Shown: piece after piece, positions 24,837 through 34,506 of the stretch
Numbering within the stretch: position 1 is the first letter of the stretch
How the letters are laid out: every line of letters begins with the position of its first letter
NCBI GenBank assembly: GCA_018398765.1
Contig: JAHBMJ010000526.1
Location: 1-46,152, forward strand
Reading direction: 5' to 3'
Source: Chromera velia
Taxonomy: Eukaryota
Length of the DNA: 46,152 nucleotides
The notes under the pieces: model-generated
Database searches by the model: none
The model's input: only the letters and a program-made list of their open reading frames with translations
What the model was told of the DNA's origin: nothing
Position numbers and translations under genes: made by a program

Positions 24837-26037
24837 CATGTCGGAGGGAGATAAGTGTGGGGGCCTCTCGGCTTCTCCCTGCTCCTTACGGAAAGACCCG
24901 TGAGGTGCAGGTAAAAAAAGAGAGTTCTGAGGAAGTACACACACGGGGAGACGACTTACCATTCCAAGTGCCTTCGATGGTGTTGGTGTGGATGCCTGTA
25001 AGCGGATCAACGAAGTACTTTGAGTGGTTCACCCACCAGTGATCTGCAAAGATCTCCGCAGCTGGGCCGTTGTAGGCCTTCCAACAATCAGAGTACAAGA
25101 TGGACTCGGGGTGGATGTGTTTCTTCAAGACCTTGTAAAGCGTCTCCGCAGATCTGTCTGGAACAGGAACTGCAAAAAACCTCTTCTCCAAGGTTCTCTC
25201 AACTCCTCCGACGACCCACACACCCTCGACCCTGTGGCCTCGGTGGAACTTCCTCTTTCCAAACTTGGATTCGTCGACCTCCACGATAACATCCGGACCA
25301 CCGATTTTCTCAATCAGCTCTCCCTCTCCCAAAGGGCTAATTTCCCCTGTGTCGAGGTTCAGAATGTCTCTGAAAAGACGGATGCACCGAGACACTGTCT
25401 TGTCAGAGCCCTTCACCTTCGAGTGGATCGTGGAGTGCTTTTCGCCAAGAACGAAGAAGTAGGAGACGAGAACGAAAAACCCGTAGAGGAGCTTTGAGCC
25501 CGAGAAGAGCGTGCCCTTCCGCTCGGAAGTGCGTTTTCCTTCACGCACACACCCGGGCTTTCGGCACCTCCATGAATATTTTTTGTTTCCGTCAGGCCGC
25601 ATAGTGTGACTGCAACACTGATCCTGTGACCCCTTTGCGGGAGGCTGAGCTCCGTCGCAGGTTGCTTCAACGTCTCTCTCTGCAAATTTCTCTTCTGTCT
25701 CTTCATCATCATCGTCTCTCGTGCTCTCCGTGTCCGAAAAGTCGGCATCGGATTCAGCGAGGTCAGGCAGGGAGGCGGTGTCGTCGTCTGGGCTGCACAT
25801 TACCGTCTCTTGCAAAACTCTGTGTGGGGCAGACATCAGCCATCTCCTCACTCTTGCTTCGGCTTCGTCTCTCTCATTTTCTTTCTTCAGACGCTCCTTT
25901 CTCTCCTCCTCTGTTTCGGCTGGAGACTGCGGTGGAACCTTCTGACAAGCTTTCTGGGCGTCCAAAATTTCTGGATCGTACACAGCAGGCACACTGCCTG
26001 GAGGGAGAGCTGTCGCCATCAGGTGAGGCAAATGCAT
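24014..26037 (-). mobile_element. Merlin / IS1595 (ISXO2-like) DDE transposase gene, two exons, about 558 aa; element ends not found
   Basis: Exon 1 24960-26037 carries the Cys-rich ribbon (CCSHTM...WRCRKPGC...RKGTLF), KIGGPDVIVEVDESKFGKRKFHRGH..WVVGGVER, ILYSDCWKAY and VNHSKYFVDPLTGIHTNTIEGTWN. Intron 24613-24959 (GTAAGT...TGCAG) joins in frame as N-G-L-K-R to exon 2 24014-24612 (LQECVWRRRH). The D-D-E triad is intact. Confidence 0.93.
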
Positions 26038-26336
26038 AAATCGAAGTAAATCGTAGGAGACGAAGACTGATCATGAGGAGAATGCAAGTCTGTACAAGAC
26101 AAAGTTCCTTGTTCGATCAGAAACAGAAGTGTATATATCGGAATGCATGCATGCATATATATATATATATATGCAAAAAATTAATCAGTCAATTTCCTGC
26201 ATGGATGCATCGAATTGAGATGGAGGAGCTTGGCAGGGATGGCCATCCGGGGTGCTCGCGCGAGCGCGTTTGCCTCCTATTGTACGGATGGACCGACCAA
26301 CGATATGATTGTGAATCAAATGCATGGATCTTGCAG

Positions 26337-28121
26337 GTGCGGGGGTGAACTGCCAGGATAAGATGGGTGTGTCTCCGCTAATCAATGCGGCTGAGCATGG
26401 ACACGTCGATGCAGTTCAACTCCTCCTCTCCTTCTCGGCAGATCCTTCGCTTCGTTCAGCCAAGGGGGAGAGCGCAGTCACACTAGTCTAGCGGGTCGGT
26501 GTGGGCACTCCGACATCGTCGCGCTTCTCCAAGCAGCAATGTCCTCAGGGGGTACGTCCCCCTGTGGAGACGAGGGGGAGGAATTCAAAGAGAGCCAGAG
26601 TTCTAGAGCGGTTTCGGAAGGGGGCGCGACGGGGAGCGAGAGGAGGAAGACGGAGGCCCCTCCGACCGTTCTTGGAGAGCGAGGGATGAAGAAGCATGAG
26701 GGACACTGGGAAGCCAGACAGAGCGCCCAGTGGAGGCCAATTGCGCAGATGGGGCAGTCGTTCTCTGGCCGTTTCCAGTTCTCAAGATTCTTTTGTACCA
26801 CCAAAAACGCGTCCCTCGAAGACAGGACGTCTGTGCAACACTGCAACAACTTGGTATGACAGACGATCAGATACTGCAATTTCAGAATAGTGCACGTGCT
26901 ATTGCGTCTGCCGATTTTCCTCAGAGAGAGGGATTTTCGGTCGTCTGCTTGTCGTATGCCTGGCTTTCAAAGAACCACCCAGACCCCTCCCTCTTCCACC
27001 TGTCTCTCCTCGTCAGTGCAATTGAAAGTCACTGGTGGGCATACGGAGACCGTGCACACCGAGTGTTTGTCTTCTGGGACTTCCTCTCATTTAACCAGAG
27101 AGATCGAGGAGAACATTTGATGGTCGAAGAAGACGCAAACTCGACATACTTTGAAGCCGAGAAGGAAACAAAGCCTAGAATGCCGGGAGTCAGCGAAGAG
27201 GAAACAGCCTTCGCATCCCTTCTCACCGTTTCCTCGGCCCTCTCTGCCCCATCCTCCTCCAACCCCGCCATACTCCCACACGGCATGGTGGACAAAGGAG
27301 ACACGAGATAGACGCAGAAAGTCCCTCTGCCATTACACAAGATGGACACACTCTACAGCAGTGAGCACACACGCGTTTTCAGATCCACCGGAATTCCCCC
27401 GAATGCGCAAAATAACGTGCCCTTCTCCCAAAGAGGCTGGCCTGCGATGGAGACATTTGTCTCCGGATTCAAGCATCCGCGTCTTCTCCACCTCCTCCCA
27501 ACAGCCCCCGACTCGGACGCTCCCTATCCGGACATAAACCTACAGCCTGTCCGTGTCCCCGCGGCGCCCTCCGTTTTCGAGTCTGAGCTGGCCTCCAAGA
27601 AGTTCACCAACGGAGCCGATGAGACAGTAGTGCGGCAGCTGTATGCTCACTTTGTCTCCCGAACAGCTCCCCATATCCGCACGATTTCGTTTGTGGGGAG
27701 GCAGCAGTTTGGGGACAGAGAGGCTAGGACTCTCCACGGGCTGCTGCTCCATATGGAGAACAGCGGTCGCACGGTGGCGGTCGAGAGCGTCGACCTGACT
27801 GGCACGAGTGTGACAGATGAGAGCGTCAGTCTTCTCCTGAAGGCACTGCAACAAACAGCCCCGGGGTTGAAGCGTCTAGTCCTATTCTCGCTTCCCCTGG
27901 GAATGCAAACGCTCGAGACTCTGCGGGAGGGTATGGATAGAGGGTATTTTGCTGTTCTCAATTGGTTGGATCTCCACGACGGCACACAGGTCGACTCTTC
28001 GTGTCTCGACACGGTGTGTCACATTCTGAATGCCTCTCAGAAGAGAAAAGTCAAGCGTTTCTCTCTCGATCTACAAGGTTGTCCCGTCATCGCTCGGCCT
28101 GCACGGCCACCCGACCCCTAA
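26337..28121 (+). pseudogene. Ankyrin repeat - HET (TIR-like) domain - LRR gene with three lesions
   Basis: After an acceptor at 26336: AGVNCQDKMGVSPLINAAEHGHVDAVQLLLSFSADPSLRSAKGESAVTL [5-bp insertion] AGRCGHSDIVALL (ankyrin repeats, not in the ORF track). A second frameshift lies near 26700. Then CLSYAWLSKNHPDP...VFVFWDFLSFNQ, an in-frame TAG at 27309-27311, MDTLY...RGWPAME, KKFTNGAD and RI-like LRRs (VESVDLTGTSVTD, LKRLVLFS, LNWLDLHD) to TAA 28121. Confidence 0.75.
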
Positions 28122-28695
28122 ATCGGGGGCGAAGAGTCTTATTGATGCAAAAAAGAGATTGAGATCGTAGAGGCACGCAGTAAGCTTGCAACAGCAGAAG
28201 TCAAACAACCGGGATTACGTGTAATTTGTTTGTACGATTTCTGAGTCCTCTTGTATCATTTTTATTCAAAGTTTGAATGCAAAATTGCAAATCTCTTACT
28301 TAATTCTAGATATGACTAAGCATAATGACTTTTAACCTAGTTTTTAACATAGTAGAATTTGGAATGCCAGTGACCCTTGCATATCCTTGCACTAGCTAGT
28401 CTCAGGAGTCGTTAAAGCTATGCCAACTTTTACGTGTTTCAAAATTATGTCGTCTAGTGACGTCTACTACTTAAACTACTTAAAACTACTAGTAATACTA
28501 ACTCTAGGGCCGCCTCTAGCTCTAACTTTGACATATAGAAACAGTCACTACGATAGTATGACTCACTAGTATATTCAATTAATTATTACTTCTGTTATAT
28601 ACCATAAACAGACGTAGATGAACGTCATCAAATATAGTAGTAGTATAAAACAAAATATTCTAGCTGTCTGAATTTAGCGCTAAATATATTCACTA

Positions 28696-29292
28696 GCTAC
28701 CACCTGTTCAGAAATTATTTTTTTTAAATTACTTTTTATTTTGAAAGTTGTTCAGAAAGGAGGCTATAAAAAAGTTAAATAGTCAGTTGTTGAATGCCGG
28801 GCCTATAAAATATGATTTACTCTGTATACAAAACCTTGCTAGTGGCTTGGGATTTGGCGTCGTTAAATCTAAGATTTAACCCTCAATCATTATCATCATC
28901 ATCATCATTGATCTAGAATAATCGATCGATCAAACACCCTATGCATGAATGCATGGATGAACGGACCACCCGAGCCTAACAGAGGCTAGGGGTTAAGTCT
29001 TCTATCTATCATCATCATCATCATCATACGAGTTGAGAAACTTTTGAATGACAAAAAACCCAGGAAAAAAAAATTTTTTTCTTTTAAAAAAAATTCTATG
29101 TTTTTTGAAAAACACAAATAAATATAGTATCTTATGAGTGTATGTATATACAATGAATAAGATACTTAAGTAAACACTCTGTGTGAGTTTATAGATTTAG
29201 TGTTTATTCATAAAGTATAAGCTTTGCATATACTCTTATTCAAGAGTTATAGTAGATGAAAGTGTGAAAATAATTTCTGAACAGGTGGTAGC
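28696..29292. mobile_element. MITE-like non-autonomous element with perfect 26-bp terminal inverted repeats, possibly Tc1/mariner-type with TA target duplication
   Basis: GCTACCACCTGTTCAGAAATTATTTT (28696-28721) is the exact reverse complement of AAAATAATTTCTGAACAGGTGGTAGC (29267-29292). The interior is AT-rich and non-coding, with a subterminal TGTTCAGAAA copy near 28749. Confidence 0.8.
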
Positions 29293-29526
29293 AACATCCA
29301 TATTTAATTTGTATAATGATTAATCAATCTTTTTTTTAAAATATATATTCTTTGTCTACTTAATTCATAGACAGACCATTGAATCAACAATCTAGTCAAC
29401 AATTGACTACTTAATTTACTGCTAGATTTACTGACAATATCACGATTCGGCAAATTCGATCTCGAAAGTTTTTTAGCTTATATTATTTCTCTTTAAATAT
29501 CATACAAACACATTTTTTATAGCTAG

Positions 29527-32500
29527 TTATTTTATGTTTTCACGTGCGGGCGGCTTCCCTACATATCTGTTACCGTTGCACATGTTTTCCTCCGACCACA
29601 TTGGTTGCAAATTTGAGAAGTGGAGACGGGAAATAAGAGTTTTGATGTCAGGTTTCTGACTCTCGGGCCCCCGATACTGAATAGGCACAATGTGGTCAAC
29701 ATGCCACAGGGTCCCGTAATTCTCCCACGACATTCCGGGGTTGCCGTGGAAATCGTCTTTCTCGAGGTGGGCTTTGAGATCGGGGAACGAACAACCGAGG
29801 TACTCGTGGGAGCGTCTTCGGGGGGAATGACCACGCTCTCCTTTTCGAATGGATGTGAGGCATGCCCACACGGTTGATCGTGTGACATGAGTCAGGCGGA
29901 AGAGGGGATCTTCCCGGTACCGAGTCTTTCGCGCATCGTTCTGTCGCTGCCTGAATACTGCAAAAGCGGGGTTGCCTTTCTGACACTCTGCACACCTCCT
30001 TCTGCATTTTCCGTGTTCACATATTCCACTTCCTTGACATTCACGACAGTCGCTGCGATGACGGCCGTGCTCGCAAATGCCAGATCCCCCACATTCGCGA
30101 CAATAATATCGCTGGCGTCCGTGGACACAGACAGAACCGCCTCCACATTCTACGCACACAGTGCGCCTTCGCCCGTGAGGACAAATTTGCGAACCTCCAC
30201 ACTCTTTGCAGGTCCCTCGCACACGGTCGTGTTCGCAGATCTGTGAACCCCTACACGTCTTATACAACCTCCGAATGCGACCGTGTTCACAGATCTGCGA
30301 CCCCCCACACTCTCTGCATGTTGACCGAATGCGACGATGCTCGCAAATCTGTGACCCCTTGTACTCTCTGCACGTCGATCGAATGCGACCATGGTCGCAG
30401 ATTTGGGATCCTCCGCATTCCTTACACACCCTGCGAATCCTCCCATGCTCACAAATACCCTTCCCACCGCATTCTTTGCAATCGTACCGCTTCCTTCCGT
30501 GCGGACACTGGGATCGCAGCGATGCCGGTAGCAGGTGATCGTGGGTAGCATGGAGGAGAGGTTTGTTTTTTGCTTTTTCTATGTTGCTCGCGCTCAGAAC
30601 GAGCCATGGTTGCTCAGCTGTCGGCATCCCATCCCTCCGCACAGACCCATGCTCAGGGGTAGCAGAGTCTAGCAGTTGACTTCCACTGACAGAACGGGGA
30701 GAGTCGGGGACGGAACGTGACTTGATTTGGGTTGCACTTGTGAATCGTTCAAAGAAATCCTCCCCTCTTCCTACTTTGAAATTCTCGGAAGTGCCCTCTC
30801 CTGTCGGTTGGATTTCAGTACTAAAAGAAAGAAGACGGCTCTTCAACCTCGTGAGAGATACAAAATGTACTTGCAAAAATCGGACGCCCCTTGTCGGAGC
30901 TGAAAGAGGGGGAGTCAGGGGCATGCTCTGCTGCTGCTGCTGCTTGGGAATGCTACTTGGATGTTTGCTGTTGATTGATTGGAAGGAGACTGCTGCCTTC
31001 GGCAGCTGCTGTGCTGATGCTTTACCGACATATCTGTTACCCTTACGCATGTTTTCCTCCGACCACATCGGTTGCAAATTTGAGAAGTGGAGACGGGAAA
31101 TAAGAGTTTTGATGTCAGGTTTCTGACCCTCGGGCCCCCGATACTGAATAGGCACAATGTGGTCAACATGCCACAGGGTCCCGTAATTCTTCCACGATAT
31201 TCCGGGGTTACCGTGGAAATCGTCTTTCTCGAGGTGGGCTTTGAGATCGGGGAACGAACAACCGAGGTACTCGTGGGATTAGTTTTTGACAATCGGGAAT
31301 CTGCCTTCCCGAAGAGCTCTGAGGCATCTCCAAACAGCGCACCTCATTGCTTGAGCGAGTCGGTATATTGGATCTTCTTTGTACCTCAACCGTCGCCTCT
31401 CAACCCTCTTTGCAAAAACAGGATTGTCTTTCTGACATTCTGCACAGCTAGTTCTCACGCGTCCATGTTTGCAAATACTCCCCCCCCCACAGTCTCTGCA
31501 TTTGGATCGTATACGGCCGTGTTCACAGATCCCCCTACCTCCACACTCTCTGCATTCGTAGCGACGACGGCCATGTTGACAGATAGCATTTCCACCGCAG
31601 TCCACGCAGGAATATTTGATGCGTCCGTGAATGCAAATGGAACTGCCCCCACACTCTTTACACTGATCTCGCCTCCGACCATGCTCACAAATTCCTTTCC
31701 CTCCGCAATCTTTGCAGAGAGCGCGCTGTCGACCATGTTCACAGATCCCCCTGCCCCCGCATTCTTTACAATGAGCGCGGTGGCGTCCGTGCTCGCAGAT
31801 CCCCTTCCCACCGCAATCTTTGCAGTGGTACCTTTGTCTGCCATGTGAACAGATTGATCTTCCACCACATTCTATGCACTGCTCACGTCTGCGTCCATGT
31901 CCACAGATTTCTCCCCCACCGCAATCTTTGCATCGACTGCGCAGCCGGCCATGTTGACAGATCGATTTGCCACCGCATTCCTTGCAGAGATGCTTTCGTC
32001 TTCCATGTGGACAAAGGGTCCTCTCTTGCTTGCCTAATTTAGACTGGAGCGTCACTTTTTCTTTTTTGTGTCCCTCACAGTTCCTACCATCCGCAGCCGT
32101 TTCCTCTTCATCAACCATCGGCATGTGGGAGCTCTCTACAGGCGTGGCTTCGCCCAGACCTGTCCCCGCTCCATCGTTGGCAGGCTCACTTCTTTCATGT
32201 CCATAGTCAGAAACTACACTACGGAGCCATCTACGGTGGTGCAGGGTTGGGTGATCAGTTTCGGGACGCCGGACAAAGCGGTCGCCTTTCATTTCAGAAG
32301 CTTGCTGGGAACAGACAAGCAATGATTGACTCAGACAAAGGCTTCCAGGGCGGCAAAGAACAGAACGATTGCCTTTGTTCCTATGAGCTCCCTCCGTCGA
32401 AATATGCATTGAAAGATCAACCTTCAAAATGCTTTGGTTCAGACCGTGAGAAAAAGGAGTCTCAGCATTCAAACGAAGCTTTCTGGGCTCCTTGCTCCGT

Positions 32501-32634
32501 GTGTCGTTCATGATAGACGGCTTCCTGTGATGGTCTGAAGGGAGAACAGAGGTTCCGTGGAGAATTGACGCTGTTGCGCAACGAAGGCAACGGTGCGAAG
32601 CACGACGAGAGAAGGTTGCAGCAATGCCTTGCAT
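29527..32634 (-). CDS. Intronless tandem [CHCC zinc-finger repeat array + HNH-like endonuclease] x2; one reading frame interrupted by a single TAA at 31279-31281 (possible pseudogene)
   Basis: ORFs 31279..32634 and 29527..31155 share a frame; the 123 bp between them read SHEYLGCSFPDLKAHLEK...WHVDHI. Each module is an array of 18-aa CxHGRxRxxCxxCGGxxI repeats, a basic helix (YKEDPIYRL / YREDPLFRL), then YLGCS...LKAHLE...G[MI]SW[EK]NYG.WHVDHIVP...HFSNLQPMWSEEN..GNR, a motif I recognise from phage and giant-virus HNH-type nucleases. The true start codon is uncertain. Confidence 0.85.
29983..30507 (-). repeat. Zinc-finger array B: 10 x 54-bp coding repeats
   Basis: Runs from CPHGRKRYDCKECGGKGI to CEHGKCRRRCAEC; two repeats carry Cys-to-Tyr changes. 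Confidence 0.95.
31435..32013 (-). repeat. Zinc-finger array A: 11 x 54-bp coding repeats
   Basis: Runs from CPHGRRKHLCKECGGKSI to CKHGRVRTSCAEC; period 18 aa. Confidence 0.95.
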
Positions 32635-34506
32635 TTGGAGCTATTATTGAAAGGTGTGGTGACAAAGGGTTTGACGAGCTGAGAGCCGAATGACAAATGT
32701 CTTGCGTAACAGCTCGAAAGAGTTCTGTCGAGGAACTTAATTTTCCTTCTATTTTGACTTCAAAAAGGAACAGAATAGAGGACGACCGCGCGGTTGGCTG
32801 ACTGACAGATACGAGTTAACTCGTTGCTGTTATTCTGTGTCAATGACTTCGCCCCAATGGAGTTTTCTCATCGCTGTCCGAGCAACTGTCAGACTGCATA
32901 GTGACTGCATGTAAGTTGTATGTATATATATTAATATAACTGTCTGAGTGGCAGTGCGTGCCCGAATCTTGCAACCGTACGTGAGTCAAACAACTCTGGC
33001 TGGGTTACTCTGCATGGATCGCGATCGATGCATCATGCATGCATGATGATTTGATATGATTTGATCGATGCATGCAACAGTCGACACCCTCGATCGCTGC
33101 CTGCCATGCATGGAGTACATTAATTGTGTGTTGCAAAATGTTGCACCCAAAAATCCATGCATCCATGATATATTAATATATGGTCGACTCGATGATCGCC
33201 GCATCTTCTTCTATATGCGCTAAGTGGCATATTGGGGCAAGTCCCTATGCCTAGCACTCAAGTACACTCATGTAATTTCAGATGGTTATAAAAAATCTAT
33301 TCCATCTATAGCTTTAGGTGCTTAATAATTCTAAATACTGTATTAAATTGGCCCATTGGGTTAGAATGGCTGTCAGGTTGAGTCACCTCATCATTATTAT
33401 CACTGCATAACATTGCATAACATATACGTTTATGCATGCAGTAAATTGCAGAACACAGAAAACATCTGTCATCAGAAACCTTTGCTCTTTCTTAACTATA
33501 GGTTCTTAATAACGACTATAAACTTAGTCAGGCTGTTATTTGCTACTTGTATAGCGCTACGTGTTGTAACTTAATTATAATACTGCATAATACATTAGTT
33601 TAAATAAAAATGCTTGAACTACGCTGATTTACTAATTGAGTTAAACTATAAGAAACATTAAACCGCATGTAATGCTTTTCCTTTAAGAATTCTTGCGCTA
33701 GCCCAGGCGCTAGCTCTTCTGTTTGAAATCATCGTTCATCTTAGAACACCAGAAGCCCTCAGCACGCTCGTCGACAGTTCATAATGAAGAGATCGATATC
33801 ATGTTTAATGCCAACTAGAAAGAGCTTCGGGACCCGCCAGGAGTAGTCTGAATTGAGTTCCGCCCGTCAACTGCCTGCGAGCAGACAGCCAGTCAGACAG
33901 GCGTCCCGCTGATTGGACTCAAAGGAATCTTGCCAGCCAGTCATTCCAAGAGACCGCCCTCATCCACCCCCCCGAAGAGAGGGAGAGAGTCCCGGCTTTT
34001 CTGTTTACCGACCGGCGCCGCTGAGGCAACCCCCCTCTAGGGATGTATGTATCGGCATCTCAGACCTTCCCCCCTGCGTGGAAGCGAAGACGCCAGAGAG
34101 CGTCCTCACAGTGTGGATGCAGGGACAAGCAGGCTCTGGCAGGTCCCGAAAAGCTTTCAGTAGAAGGCTCGATCTTCTCTCTCTGTCCCTGGTGCGCGAG
34201 CTCTCACCGATTTTCTTGGACGCAGATGCGGCCGTCATTTCTCTATCAATCTTTCTGTCCTTCTTCTTGCCTGTACGTCTTTTCTGCCTGTCCTCCCTGT
34301 TTATGTACGAAGTTTTTTCTTTTCCCACTGCTTTCTGACCCTAACTCTTTTTTGCAGCCACATTCTTTAGACACCTCCAGTCAGTTTCATTCTCTCCTTC
34401 ACTCTTCTCTCAATCACTTCGTTTGTCCTAATGTTTTACCCGGGCATTCTTGCCTTCTCTTCTGACTCTCCTTAGCGTTCTCGTTGATTTATCTATCTGT
34501 GCTATG

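Noticed and set aside
24014..26037. Bacterial IS1595 contamination
   Set aside because: The gene has a spliceosomal GT-AG intron with host-type microsatellite and is contiguous with eukaryotic genes.
28696..29292. These TIRs as the ends of the Merlin element
   Set aside because: They enclose only ~600 bp of non-coding DNA, do not flank the transposase, and show no 8-9 bp target duplication.
27309..31281. Reassigned TAA/TAG codons (alternative genetic code) explaining the in-frame stops
   Set aside because: MsrA and the transposase end at TAG and the HET and ZnF frames end at TAA at sensible positions; conserved genes show no internal TAR; the HET gene also has frameshifts.
31087..31848. Antisense ORFs over the ZnF-HNH gene, and similar shadows over RPT3 exon 1 and the coiled-coil gene
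   Set aside because: These are shadow frames of the real coding strand with no independent motifs.
29983..32013. Regular 54-bp repeats with variable interiors as a CRISPR-like array
   Set aside because: They are degenerate at synonymous positions and translate into zinc-finger repeats; there are no identical DNA repeats with unique spacers and no cas genes.
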